The notes: a model not told the origin generated them from the letters alone. A stretch of 58,962 nucleotides of DNA, filler included, from Sphacelaria rigidula (GCA_964200075.2; 7 parts of 7 records of this genome joined end to end with filler, not necessarily neighbours in it), one strand, 5' to 3'. Counted from the whole stretch's first letter, positions 10,991-24,260 are shown. Numbers and translations: made by a program.

Positions 10991-13526
10991 AAAGAGTCCT
11001 TCTTCGGCATCGCCATCGCTGGACTGGACCACACCGCCTGTAGATTCCTGAACACCAACCCAAACGCCACAAGAGCCCCCATGCAAGAAGCTAGCCAACT
11101 GGACTTCACCGGATCATACCTCCTCGATTTTGCCTTCACCGCGGCCGCCCCTGGCTTCAGTGTAACCCTCATGGGTTCCATGCGCGCAGGGGGATCACCC
11201 CTCAGCGCATGACGAAACGCGTTAACGCGGCGATACAGTATGCCACGCAAGCGCTCGGCTTTCAAGACTTCGAGGCCATTTTCCACGGCATCCGTCACGC
11301 TTTCCTCAAGCGCAGCCTTTCGCGCGGACTCTTCTTCCGCCGGCTCCATAAATATATCGGGGCCGCGCTCCTCCAAGTGTTCCACCGCCTCATCGCGCTC
11401 CTCGGACACCTGCCCCTCCGCCTCCTGGAGAGCATCAACCGACAAGCTCACTCTGCGACTGGCCAAAACGGCAGGCGTCTCGACACTCGATCCGGGCGAC
11501 GGCATTTGCGTTTTTAGGGACTCCAACAACCGCTCATATGGATCGACTCCGAGTCCCCGAAGCGTCGGTAGGCCCAACAGAACGACACTATCCGTCCCCG
11601 GTATGATCGCAAACGATATTGGGGGTAATTTTGCTTGCCCCCAACTAGTCAGGAACGCCAACTGTAGGGGAACCGTACGTTCCGTCACATTGATACGTTG
11701 CCTCTATGCGGTGATGGCCTGCCGCACCCCGAGCGAAAACGGAATTCGGATTTGCTCACCGGGGAGTAGACGCTCCAGCATCTCCACAATTACCACCGAT
11801 ATGCTCGTGAAGTGGGCGCCTGAATCCAACACCGCTTTGACCGATATAGCTCCCTGCGCTTGTTGATCAGGCAGATATAACTCGGCAGGGACATAATTGT
11901 CTTGGTCCTCGACCGGCACCTGCTCCGCCGACTGATTGTTCGTAATCCCCACTTGGCACCACGGCTGCGCGCGCGGCGCAGGCAGAGACGCCCCCGCTGG
12001 GGTCACCGGCACCGCCAGCGGGTACGAAGCCCCGCCCGCAGAACCAAATTGCAGCGGTACCCCGGCCGGCGCAGCAGCCGATCCAAATTTCAGCTGAAAA
12101 CCGACCGGCTCCGCAGCAGGCGTCTCGCCTTGCTCTGCTGCCGGCGGCGCCGGCACCGAGCCCGACACTAGAGAGGTCAGTCCCACCTGCACCGCCCGTT
12201 GCGGAGCAGCAGCCCCTGCGGCTGAGCCGGACCCAGAACCGGACCCCTGCTGACGCCGCTGCCCCTGCCCCTGCTGCTGCTGCTGCTGCTGCTGGGAAGT
12301 CGACTGTGCACCTCCACCGCTGGAGGATCCGCCTCCGCCGCCACCACAACTACCTCGTCTTTTGCCCTTGTGAGGGCGCGCGGCACTCGTCTGCCCAGGC
12401 TCTCCTTCAGAAGGCGTTGGGGACTTCCGTGCGATGTGACCGACCTGGTCACACTGAAAGCAAGTGAAATTGGAGGCGGCACTGCCTGCGGATTTTGATC
12501 CGCGGTTACGCGAGCTCGAAGACTGCGGCGACGAAATGGATGGTTTTCCGGATACTTCGACGCGCCGCCATGCCTAAGCTTCAGCCACCACGGTATCCAT
12601 GACTTAATACGGGTCCGACTTCCAATTTGTTTAGTGCTGTAACTGTACAAGCACGGCCTGCTTAAATTCCGCCGGTGCCAGACCCTCCACCATCGCTTTG
12701 GTGCCCACCGCAGTGGCCCCTGGTCAAAATTTCCCATCGGACGAACGATAAATCATCTTCACGTTGGGATTATACGTTTCCATCTTACCCATTATGGGCT
12801 CCACCCTCATACGCATGGTCCCCCCCTTGTGGTTCATTGCGACCGCCTCCGCCACGGCCGCGGACGCCTGAGTAAGCGCTACCTCCGCTCCTGCCGCATG
12901 CCCTGCGTGCTTCTTTATCGCTGCGGCCAACTGCAGCAGCGTTTTAGTATGTTTTTTGTGGAACCTGCTCGCGAAGACGCGTTGTAAGGGGGTAGGCACT
13001 AATTGCGCCATAGAAACTACCTGATGCCTCACCGCACCCCCTGCATTCGCATGCTCCACCCTCCTATTGTATTCCATGTATCTCGTGTAAAACGATCGAG
13101 AGGCACCCTCAGAATACAAACTCCCGTAACTGGGCGGCCGCAACTCTTCCCTCAGAACAACTGGGGTTACGGTTGTTTCCGCTGGCTCTACTGCCGGTAC
13201 CTCCGTGGTCGACGTTCTCGAGCGGAAAATCGAAGACTTTTCAAACCTTCTGGAGCTTCAATTCACACCTGCTTTCTTCGCCGCTCCAACACAGCCCGGG
13301 GTCGTATAAACACCCGCTGTACGCAGCTCCAGCAAGTCTCCAGTCTGGATCAATCACGGGCCAGCCGCCTTTGCAGCTACGCCAGCTTGAAGCCTCCTCA
13401 CGCGTCCGTGAAGCTCTATGCCCGAAGCTATTCACAAGCTGTCCAGACGTCTTCCTGCTGAAAATTTCAGCAGTCTCAAACGATAGCTCCTACTAGCACG
13501 CCAAGCAACAGCACTAATATCGATAT

Positions 13527-13760
13527 TGTGACGCTAGCAGGTTGCTAGTACTGCAGCGTCTAAATACTGTTGAGGGACTCCCCAGCTCCACTGGCCTCAA
13601 GGTCTCTGTTGTCAGCCTTCACAACACCTCATCATTATTCGGAGTAAACACGTGCAGCCCCCTGCCATCAGGCCTGGGCTACACAGCAAGGGTAATCATG
13701 CACAGGATGCCCTTGTCCCCTGGTCATCATCCAGGATTCACTATGTTCTCAACCGTAACG
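13527..13760 (-). mobile_element. Candidate 5' LTR of the Gypsy element
   Basis: Bounded by TGTGACG and CGTAACG (imperfect inverted ends) just upstream of gag. The 3' LTR is not in the contig and no tRNA PBS is evident. Confidence 0.3.
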
Positions 13761-14138
13761 GCGTGATTTCGCCACATATCAAAGGTATTCAGTCGAAATT
13801 GCTATATGTACCGACGCGTCAAAATGTTTGCTCGGTGGCAGGGGTGGCTCAAACCACCCTCCCCACTGTCGTAGGATCACTTAATCAAGGAACTTGGAGA
13901 TCTTCTGAGCGTACCTTCACACTCATTTGCAGCCATTTGACAGGGCTTAGAATGGCTGAAGTACCCGTAGGCATACGCGTGTTCAACCGTAGGCATACGC
14001 ATGTCTAACATGTGACATGTGTCTTGCGGTCTTGAGATTGAACGTGAAACACTGAATGCATGTTTACCAACCCTGGAACGAGCGTGGCTTCGGTGAGAGG
14101 AGCAATAATAGACCTTCAAAGGTCAAGCGTTATATTCC

Positions 14139-15731
14139 AATTTTCAAATTGGTTGTTGTCTCAGGCTATTCCAGATTAGGCATTGGATTTCTGTGACATA
14201 AAAACAAGCAGAACGTTTCGAGAACTTTTAAAAAAACGAAGAGAACTTTTTAAGAACTGCTCAAAAGATGACACCATCATCTGGAGTGCAGGGTAGTACA
14301 CTGAACACAAGACAATTCTGCAGTGGTATATGGAGTGCAGAGTACTACACTAAACACAAGACAACAGGGTAGTTCTGCAGTGTTTTTTAGTTTTAGAACC
14401 TGAAGAAGGACTGTATACAGTATGCATCAGCTTCTCTTGTTGCAAAATTAATAGTGTTCAGCTACTGCTGCTGTACTACTACAACAACACAGCAATAATC
14501 TTTTCAGAATATGTAACAGTTTTAGTGCTGCATGCGGTGTTCCGGTATGCACACAAGTGGGGTGAGATCAAGGACAAAGGGGAAACGATAAAACGATCCA
14601 TGACGACTGTGCAGCTGTCTGTTTCGGGGAAACTGCAAAGTCCAAGTCCTGACCCGAATTTGGTCTTCGCAATCACCGTCACTATTGTACTCTCTGTGCT
14701 TGCAGAGTACAGCCTGTACTCGGACAGGGGAGGTGAACAGCACGCTATCACTTGTGGATAGATACACTGCAGTAGCTGGGTATGCTTTGCTATTTTTTGT
14801 TGGTGAAAACTTGCACGCCTTCTCTCATGGTGGGCATCGGCGACAGAACTGCGTGGTACGGTGGGTAACAGCTTGTTGATAGATACACTGCAGTAGCTGG
14901 GTATGCTTTGTTATTTCTCATTGGTGAAACCTTGCACGTCTTCTCTCATGGTGAGCATCAGCGACATAAGTGCGTGGTACGGTGGGCAACCGAGTAGCGT
15001 GCAAGGTCATGGATAGTGCAGTCCTCTTCACGTCGCATTGTAAGCAGGGAGAACCAATAGTCCTGGGCTGTCTGCACTGCATGTTGCCCGCTTCTCCTTC
15101 ATATCCTCCTGAACGAAACACGCACATACGCACTCAAGACACCCTGCTTGCAAGCGGTGCAGACAGTACAGACTGTGTGTATTGTACACGAGTGACGATG
15201 TGCCGTGTCACGAATTTCAGGCACAGGACCCATACACAAAGACAATTTTGTAATAAATTAAATTATTTGCGCGAAGGTCGATCATGTCCGAGCGTTCAAG
15301 ATCGGCACCCTGCAAACAGTGAGGGTCCGTATAAAATCAGCCGAAGAACTAAAGCATGGGACATGTCTTGTCTCACTGTACTACAGCACAAACACACTCA
15401 CTTCCGCTCTCATGTGCTGTAGCTATCACTATTCTGGGGTGTGTTAAGGCCTTGCGAAGACGGTTTGGTCTCCGCTGAGATTGCTTGATGTGCTGTATTG
15501 TTGTGTTCGTCTCTCTGTTCAAATTTTGAAATTGGTTATTGTCTCAGGCTATTCCAGATTCGGCATTGGATTTCTGTGACAGAACAAGCAGAACGTTTCG
15601 AGAACTTTTAAAAAAACAAGCAGAACTGTTCAAGAACCGCTCAAAACATGACCCCATTATCTGGAGTACAGGGTGGTACACTAGACACAAGACAGTCCTG
15701 CAGTGTTTGCAGTGTCATTTTAGAACCTGAA
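14139..15731. repeat. Pair of ~210-265-bp direct repeats (14139-14404 and 15522-15731)
   Basis: Both contain AAATTGGTT(G/A)TTGTCTCAGGCTATTCCAGATT...GCAGAACGTTTCGAGAACTTTTAAAAAAAC...TTTTAGAACCTGAA. Confidence 0.85.
14758..15190. repeat. Dispersed repeat family B with a local ~120-bp tandem duplication; second copy at ~20695-21030
   Basis: GATAGATACACTGCAGTAGCTGGGTATGCTTTG occurs at 14758 and 14878. CATGGTGG...ATCGGCGAC...AACTGCGTGGTA and TCCTCTTCACGTCGCA recur in contig 3. Confidence 0.75.
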
Positions 15732-18700
15732 CACGCCTACAGTGTTGTGCTTTTTGGAACATACTGTACACACAGATACCGCACAGCACAGCAGACAGCA
15801 GACAACTCGTAGAACCTACTGTATACTGTACATACAGGTACCGCACAGAAGACAGCAGACAAATTGTAGTACAACGATAGTGTATCATCCAATGCCGCAA
15901 GGGAGCTACCGTACCAGGCAAGGCAGAGCAGCAAGCAGGGAGATAACTCAAGGTGAAATAAATTGGCCCAGCGTTTCAAAACCACCTCTCTGCCAAAATC
16001 GAGCCCATCCGAAATCAGAGGAAGAACTATCGCATGGACATGTCCTGTATCACTGTGCCGCAGCACAAACACACTCATGCGTTGTCTCTTGCGCTGTAGC
16101 TGTCGCTGCGCTGTGGTGTCTCCAGACTGTTTCGAAGACGGCTCGGTCTCCGCCGGGACTGACTGCATGAGTTGCTTTACTTCTGTCATGGCGTTCGCTT
16201 CGAAAAATAATGCTGTCGGCACGCAGCGGTCTCTAGACACTCCAGTCAAACGAACATTCCCAGGGAATAAATGCAGAACCTGCAGTTATTTTCACTTGAA
16301 GTGACAGTCCGCGTGCCGTCGTTCTCCACCGAACACAGTCTACTGCATGCTGCTGATTTCTCTGCTTAGTGTCCCGCAACAACACCACAGTGTGCAGCCA
16401 TGCTGGTAACACGTATGAGGGGTAAGGCAGGCGTCATAGACGACGAGCAGAAAAAAACACGTTCTTGTGTACGATCATCTACGGTTGAATTGTCCGTACC
16501 AACATGATGAATACGGCTAGACAGCGAAGTAGTCCACCTCTAGCCCACCTGCAGGGAAGCAGAGTGACCACTTTGATAGCCGTGATTGGTCAGAATGGTC
16601 ACTCCGCTCCTTTCAGACCTCCTTGGCTTGTTTTTATCCTTCAGAAATTTCCGCACACATTTTTATTGAATTGGGGAGCTTTTTGGCTGTCCTGCGGACA
16701 ACCGAACACCGCGGCCTACAGCGTTCAAACACACCAATGCGACGCCCCAACGGGAAACTTCCAACCACCACTACCANNNNNNNNNNNNNNNNNNNNNNNN
16801 NNNNNNNNNNNNNNNNNNNNTTAATTAATTAANNNNNNNNNNNNNNNNNNNNNNNNNNNNNNNNNNNNNNNNNNNNGGACTGTCTTCGAGTAGTGATTCC
16901 CTGCCGCCGCCATTCGAGTCTTCGTTGTTGTTTAGACGCCGATGAAAGAAACAGGGTAGAAGACGACGGCGACAATAATGCAGGAAATCTATGTTGACCG
17001 CTTGATTCTGTCGTAGCGGGTGTTTCCCGCCATTGGGGGGGGCTTTCGCCGCCAAATGCGTCATTTACACAAAAGAAAAGGTTAGTTTTCGCTCGAAAAT
17101 GCGAACAAGCCTAATATTACCTCGCGACACAACGGGTTTGTTCGCAAGACAATCGCTTGCACGTAGCCGGATTGAGGGATGGTGCTCCGTCAGTGACAGT
17201 GATAACTGGATTCCCGAGACGGTTTCAAGACTACTTCGCGTGTCTTGTCGGGAACACTTCACGAAATTTGTCTTGTTACCATTGTGTACTATTCACACGC
17301 AAACAAGCGTGACATCGACATTTTTATGCATGGAGAGTAGTGACGTATCACCAGTTACCGCACCAGGATTCTCCAACGTCGCAAGCAAGTGTTTTCCCAT
17401 GAATAGTAGAGAAACGTCAACAGTTTGAACGGCAGGATTTTGCACCAATTTGCGAGGTAAGCGTTTTGTCCATTAATGATGCAGGCACAACCGGCCGCTC
17501 AAAGCCATGAAAAACCTTCTCTCAAGCCAACTCTCAATCGTATCGTAGGTTCTCAATCTCACGAAAACATTGTTTACAGTAGCGATGCCCCTGTATTCAT
17601 TTATTTTCACGGAGTTATACTTTTGTAGCGTTTTTCTAGTTTTTGTAGAAACTTCGAATCACTCCAAGTGCATATATACCGTATATATTTTCTTGGCATC
17701 CCGGGGAAGGTTGTGCGTTGTTATGATGAAAGTATTGTATCAATATTTCAGCGCCCAACGCTTCGGATTACCCACCACTCGGCCCGGATACATTCGCAAA
17801 TCACTGTCAGCTGGCCCAGCTCGGCTGTTTACAATACTTTTTTGCGTTGTTTGTTTGCCATGAGAACTGACCTTGGACGCGGAGGGGTCACGGCGTCGCT
17901 GACGACAGTATGCTTGTGTTTGCACGCTATGTTTTGGGCAGCGACCTCGCGCGCCACCGCAGCTATAACGGCATGCGCATGCTTCGACTATCTTCTCTAC
18001 TGACGGGCAACGCTGTTGTTTCCATGAAAAAGGGTGAGATAATATATTCATATTCACGACTACGAACACACCTAACCGCGGTGAAATTGCCGCCGGCTTA
18101 CTTTGGATACCGACCTTCTTCGTACTCCGGAGTATCTGATACGCTTTCCCACCGCATCTCATGTGTCCCAACACCACCCACCGAGATGGCAATATCTCAA
18201 TACGCACAGCAGCTGCAAAGACAAATCGAATTGCTCTGTGTAGCTAAGATGCATCTCTATCAGCCCCCGACATCACGGCTGCGTGTATCCTTGCCGTACA
18301 TGGAAACGTTGATAGTGAGGTTCATAGTTTGCTATTTTCGCACCATTCCGAGAACTAATTGGCGCGAGTTTGATATCAAACAACGGCTATTAGCAGTTAC
18401 TACTTGCCTCTTAAGTTTCAGATGGCTGCCAGTCGTGCAGCGCGAGTTCAAGGCGAGTTATCTGCGATCGCGTGCAGGTCGGCCATATTGGAAAATGGCT
18501 TCTGGGCTTGTACAGATTTCTGTGGCATTTTTCCCCGTTATCCGTCGATCGTTCGTGTGCTGTACTGGGTAGAATTGAACCGGACTTCGACGGAGGGATA
18601 GTGTAGGACAAGTACTACAGCTGTACATCAGTATAGGTGTCATTTTCCTGCCCTGTCGACTTATTTTACTTCACCAAGTCGTGTATTGGGGGTGGTGATG

Positions 18701-18818
18701 AAAAACGTGACACTAAACTGGGCGTAACACTGTGGGGCGTTCGTTATACATGTAATGCCAATAACAACACAGTTAATAAACGGCGTTTGGGGTCACCGTT
18801 ACACACAGTAGTTCCAAG

Positions 18819-19266
18819 CTCAAGGAGGGCTCCGAGGTCCAGCGCTTGGTGAAGCTACTGCAGTACATAACAGGTGAGATCACATCATGTACTTATAACA
18901 CCGCACGAAGTGATGAGGCCTCATACGTGCATTGCAGTATATGCGGAGTCGTGCTAATCTGCGGTACTGTAGTCTGTCGGCGCCTGTGTTGGCTATGTTC
19001 AAATGTTCGTTTTTCATGTTTGTGCAAGCGAACCAGGAACGCAATGCAAAAACATATAACTTCACAGGGCTCGTGTAGTATGAAAGAAGAATGGCAGGGA
19101 AGGGATCCGTTAAGCTAGCACGAGCACTCACTCATTCGATCTACCGGAAAAACTTCTGCACATCACAGACGGCACACGTACACCACCTGCTCCGTGCAGT
19201 TTATCCTCACTTCTCCATACCCCGTACATGAATTGTAGCCTCAGCAGGGTTCTTTGTAGTGTACAG
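18819..19266 (+). CDS. Possible pair of small exons of an unidentified gene (18819-18873; 19248-19266)
   Basis: AG|CTC...ACA G|GTGAGA and CAG|GG TTC...TAC AG|GTACGT join in phase to give LKEGSEVQRLVKLLQYITGFFVVY. No homolog recognised. Confidence 0.25.
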
Positions 19267-19914
19267 GTACGTTGTCGATCTAGACCAAGTCGCGTCACCC
19301 CACTGTACGAATTGTACGGTGGGCACTGTTCCTGCGCTATCACTGAGGGGGTCTTGAAGCTACTCGTCTCGTGTCACGCGACACACATAGACCACGAGTA
19401 TATCACGGAAAATACTGTTCTGAAAATACCAGCACCAGAACCAGCGCCAGCACCCCGTGTTGCGCATTGTTTAGCGTCACGTTTTTTACCACCTACATCA
19501 AAATCAATAGACGATGGGATGAGCAGGCTTCATGAAGCATGAAATCACAGTCATGTTGGCCTGCAACTACAGGAAATATCAGTTTCTCTCTCTCAAAAGA
19601 ACTCCAGCTCAACTGCACTCATCGCAGCGCCCAAATTGATGATTAATGTTTCCCAACCTCGGGCAAAAATGATACTGAAATGAGTAGGAGTGTTGCAAGG
19701 GTTGGTCGAGTAGGGTATATACCCAATACTCGACGTTTTTTTAGGTCATATTTGTAGTACCCGCAGTTTCGGGTAGATTGTTGATATCACACCACATCTA
19801 CCCAAATTTTGGGTAGAGTATTGAGGTCATACCCAAGTGACACTCGATACCCAGGTATTGCTGCGAGTACTTGCCCAAATTTTGGATGGAGTATTGGAAT
19901 CGTACCAAATTTAC

Positions 19915-20280
19915 GCTGGTCGCCCCGGTGGCTCAGTTGGTAACCTCGTAACGTTCTGACGGTTGAGTAGTGAGGTTCGATTCCCGGAGCGATTTGTGAT
20001 TTTTTCTTACACCACGCCCGACGGTGTAGAGCGACTATGTCGTGGGTACTCAAGATCCGACCTCACGGTCGAGGAGGGAAAGGGATTGCTCAACCCCTCT
20101 CGCGATAAAAAATGAAAAGGCAAGCACCGCAGAAGGAAGGTAGGGTACTAAAAACAATTAAAAAAGAAAAAAACGTCCTGTGTTGACCTTCCCCCTGTGT
20201 GACCCCGGCGGATGCGCCCACATATACCGAACGGTGTAGACTGGCGCCCAGAATAAATGAGACGACAACACAACAAACTA
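19915..20280 (+). mobile_element. tRNA-derived SINE, full length
   Basis: A box TGGCTCAGTTGG (19929-19940), B box GGTTCGATTCC (19974-19984), ~290-nt body, CAACA-type tail. Homologous to 51203-51565 (-). Confidence 0.88.
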
Positions 20281-21422
20281 CACCCAATTCACCCAATTTT
20301 AGGGTAGAGTGTTGAAATCACACCCAAGTGATATTCCATACCCAGGTATTGCCGAGAGAACTTGCCCAAAGTTTGGTCAGAGTATTTGAGGTCGTGCCCA
20401 ATCCACCCAAAAATTGGGTAGAGTATTTGAGGCCGTACCCAATCTACCCTAACCTTGGGAAGATTAGATACCTGAGTGTTTTAGATACGTCTTCAAAAAG
20501 TATATACCTCACCCGACCTGTACTTGGCTTTGCCGTTCAGAAACATGCAGAGGAAAGGCACGAAGAGGCACTTGACTCCTGTCCTGCAGACCACCGCGCC
20601 AGTACTACCCGTTCGCGGAACAACGCAAACCCCACACAACTCATTCTCAGCTGCTACCGCAACCTTGCAACGTAAAGCATGAGCTGGGCACAGGGATATA
20701 TATTCTCCAGTAGTTGGGTATAGTGTGTTCATGTTCCGTCGTCGGAAAGTTGGGCATCCTTCTGCATGGTGGAGATCGGCGACGGAACTGCGTGGTAGAG
20801 TGGGCAACCGACTTGCGTACACTTATGGACAGGGCAGACAACAGTACAACGCTGCACGTTGTGCGAATCCTCTTCACGTCGCACCGTAAGCATAGAGTAC
20901 AGCTACTCGTGCGCTATCTGCTCCGCACGCTGCCCGCTTCTCTCACATCCATCCTAGTGTACTCAACATCCACACTCACACAATTAAGCACGCTGTATGC
21001 ACACAGCGCAGATAGTACAGTACTGTACTGTAGACAAGAGAACAATCACCACTTCAAGAACTTCTTTGTCTTCTCTCGATCGAAAGCTTGCGAATTCGCT
21101 TGGACCGACCTCGCGGGAAATGAACGAATTCGCTCAAATATTCCACCGCACTTTTTTTTCGACCAAAACCTGATGTGCTGGGACGCGGCTTACCCAATAT
21201 CGGGGTAGACAATTGACATATTACCCAATCTACCTACTACCCAATCTACCTACCACCCAATCTACCAATACATAGGGTAAAGTATTTTGGATAATGCCCA
21301 GCTTATCCAGTATTTCGGCAGAGTATTGGGGTCATACCCAAGTGATGCTCCATACCCAGGCATTTGCGGTGCTTACCCAATATTTAGGTCAAGTATCGAG
21401 GCCACACCCAAGTGGTACTCTA

Positions 21423-21902
21423 TGGCCGCTTCCTATCGTCTGAAAACCGACACTCTGAGATTTACCTTTTTCGAGTATTTCATCGCGGAGTTTTTGAAGA
21501 ATACGGGTCTTGGCGGATTTGCCCTCCTCTGAAAAATTTGCCATGTTCTCCACGAGGATTCAAGCGCACTTTTTCCATTTTTCGTAGGCCCAGTTTCACT
21601 TTTGGCCGGATTCCCCGTTTTTTCAGTCGCCTCAAAAATCGTCCAGTTGTCGGGGAAAGCACGTATTCAACCTGTTGACTAAAATATTTTGGGGGCGACT
21701 GAAAAAATCGGGAACCCGACTGAAAGTGAAACTGGGCGCACGAAATATAGGAAAAGTGCGCTAGAATCCTTGTGCAAAACATAGTAAATCTTTCAGAGGA
21801 GGCCCAATCCGTCAAAGTCCGTATTCCGCCAAAACTCCGCGATAACGGGCTCAAAAAGGGCAGTTCTCGGAGAGCCCATTTTCAGACTATAAGAAGTGGC
21901 CC
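21423..21902. mobile_element. Fold-back MITE (~217-bp arms, GGCC termini) nested in the hAT-like repeat array
   Basis: Arm 21423-21639 is the diverged reverse complement of 21686-21902. TA or TAT is duplicated, and removal restores the host motif ACTCTATACCCAGG. Confidence 0.88.
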
Positions 21903-22329
21903 TATACCCAGGTATGACTTATAGTGCCTACCCAATAATTGGGTAGAGAATTTGAAGCAGAGCCCGATTTTCCCCAAAATTCGTGTAAAGTATTTGGGGT
22001 GGTACCTTATCCACCCAAAGTTTGGGTGGAGTACTTCAGGCGGTACTCAATCTTCCCCAGATCTGAGTGGATAATTTTGAGTTGTACTCAAACTACCCAA
22101 AATATGGGTGGAGTACTCGAGACCGTACCCAATCTAACCAAGCATTGGGTAGAGTAAATGCTCGGGCATTTCACCCGAGTATTTGAAAGAGCATATACCC
22201 TACCCGACCTGCCCTTGCTCTACAAGCGCGATTGGACAGAACTCGCGCGGTACTGCGTAATAATAGGCTATCACTCTACACACTCAAGTACTTGATGCCA
22301 GAAGGTCTCGGTCCAGGTGAAGACTGTGT

Positions 22330-22820
22330 GCTTAGACCGTTTGGGGTGGAACAATCTGTACTTGAACAAATATGAGGATTTCAGCCCGTCTGCGGGCGAT
22401 ATTTTCCCTTGGATTGATTTTCGGGCTCCAGCCCGCTGAACGGTGTTTCTCGAGTAGCTGCGACGAAAGCGATGAGTTCTCTGATTCTCAGGACGTTGGG
22501 TTTGGTATGTCACCTCTTCTCTCAAGTCAAGACGCTCCAGAATATGTGTGCGCGAGGGACAGACTTGCGCCGCAAATCTGTGTGTTGTTCATGCATATGT
22601 AGGAGTTTCTCGATTTGAGCAAAAAGGTGATCCAACAGAGGTCAATGTGCATTAAATCGGATAATATTTGTTGTTTTCCCACCGCTACAGTAACCGAGAA
22701 ACATTGTCCAACGGGCTGGATTCCGAACAGTACATCCACGGGAGAAAATCCCCTGCAGAAAGGCTGAAATCCTCAGATTTGTGCAAGGATAGGTTCGTGA
22801 CCATAGGAAACGATCTTAGC
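22330..22820. mobile_element. Degenerate fold-back MITE
   Basis: CTTGAACAAATATGAGGATTTCAGCC...TCCAGCCCGCTG...TGTTTCTCG (22361-22452) is mirrored at ~22694-22787. Confidence 0.7.
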
Positions 22821-23389
22821 CTTGCAAAATAAGAGCATATTTGCAACTCGCTGTTTCGTCCTTGCCCCAGGGCAGTTTCAGTCTAATCCAAGCCATGTTT
22901 TGAGTTTTCGAGTTCAATACCTTGGGAATCTCACCAAGAGACCAACATTCGACGCATAGCGCATAATGGTACATGAATAACATAGTTGAAGTCGGACCTT
23001 GGTAGGAGGTGCATGGTAGCGCAGGGGGCGAGGAAAATAGCCGTTCCGGAGGATGCTTTATACCGTGATTCCGGGGGTGGCATCAATTGTTTTGGCCTGG
23101 ATGACATGATGATGACATGATGTTTCCTCGAGATACTTGTAATATGGGAATGATGAATGAAAAAAGTGAATTGGTCAAGATCCGTCTGTTGAAGTGCTGA
23201 AACTTCCACACTCTGGAACATTGACACAAAAATAGTCCATTGCTGCAGCAATAGACACGGGGGAAAACCATTCGATACATATAGTCGACCACGATAGATG
23301 GAGCACATATATTGATATGTATTGCAAGGGACGAAATATTTTACGATAGTGGATCGTAGCCTCATGTCAATTACAACAGACAAAGATCA

Positions 23390-24260
23390 CTCGCCATCGA
23401 TGGAAATCGTGTACCGCAATAGATTCTGGGATGTATATATCGATAGCCATTGCTGTAATCAATAGTTTTGGTGAGCCATCCATCGACATTCATCGCCGTC
23501 ATCATTAGATGAAGTGATTCATCCATCAGTACCAATAACCGCCATCAAAAGATTTGGTGAGCCGTCTATCGGGAGCCTCTGCCGCCAACAATACAATTTT
23601 GGGTTTCTATCAATATGGTCATTGCCGCCAACAATCGATTGTTCTCGGGAGCACCTATCGATAGCCAGTGACGCCAACAATAGGTTATGGAAAATATATT
23701 GCTCACTGCAGTGGTCTTATAACATCAACGGCAACGTCCCTCACACAAAAACACGCAACTACCCGAGGCGATAGCTGGTCACAGCTTCTGTGGAATGAGG
23801 TGGAGACATACATCGAAAAATGTGCACACATACCGCTAGTGATCGACGCCATTCAGCTACTTTGATGATCAGCAATAGATATTGGTGGCCGCGATTCAGA
23901 ATGCATTGTGACCAGCGATACACATTGGTGGCCGCGATTCGGATGATGTTGTGACCCTCAGTAGACATTAGTGGCGCAATTTAGATCCTATTGTGACCAA
24001 CAATATGTATTTGTGGCCGCGTGGCAGATCCTGTTGTGATTTGCAGTGGGCATCGGTGGCCGCAATAGAGAGCCTACTGCTCTAAATAGAATGCATCGAT
24101 AGAGAACTTGGCCCCTCCATTGTAACGGCAATGATACATTCTGTCCGTTGTCCTGAATCTATTGTCGCCTACAAAAGCTATCGATGGAAATTGATGCCAG
24201 TCGATTATGACCGACAGTGAACATAGACTGTAAATTTTTCGGACCTATTGCAGCGCCGAT
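23390..24260. repeat. Degenerate ~43-bp minisatellite array (clearest at 23870-24080), with apparently inverted relatives on the left
   Basis: About five units of CATTGGTGGCCGCGATTCAGAATGCATTGTGACCAGCGATA. The left half is rich in GCCAACAAT and ATCGAT motifs. Resembles transposon subterminal repeats. Confidence 0.6.

Larger units (their letters stand above)
8439..13215 (-). mobile_element. Ty3/Gypsy LTR retrotransposon gag-pol, decayed and 3'-truncated by the contig end
   Basis: Domain order gag, Zn-knuckle (CFQCDQVGHIARKS, ~12421-12463, last Cys mutated), protease (VLDSGA, ~11815-11833), RT (LDLLQGYWQM; WVDD), RNase H (DASE, TDHRNL), integrase (H-x5-H, HFDF, VSD, NGTCER). PR-RT-RH-INT order is diagnostic of Gypsy. 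Several frameshifts. Confidence 0.96.
19696..22217. mobile_element. Composite of hAT-like elements of the same family as the 205-bp MITE, with nested insertions
   Basis: Left end CAAGGGTTGGTCGAGTAGGGTATA (19696). Right-type ends ACCCGACCTGTACTTG (20526) and TACCCTACCCGACCTGCCCTTG (22217). Arrays of (T)TGGGTAGAGTATTGAGGTCATACCCAA repeats. No matching TSD, so probably two partial copies. Confidence 0.75.

Noticed and set aside
17910-18572. 220-aa ORF as a gene
   Set aside because: No recognisable domain, non-ATG start and non-coding-like composition.
19915-19995. Functional tRNA gene (also 51490-51565 and 54110-54209)
   Set aside because: A and B boxes are present, but the acceptor and anticodon arms do not form properly. 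The first two continue into a shared repeat body and tail, i.e. SINE heads.
23870-24080. CRISPR-like array (also 19790-22160 and 40190-40400)
   Set aside because: Units are degenerate tandem repeats without unique spacers or cas genes, in a eukaryotic transposon context.
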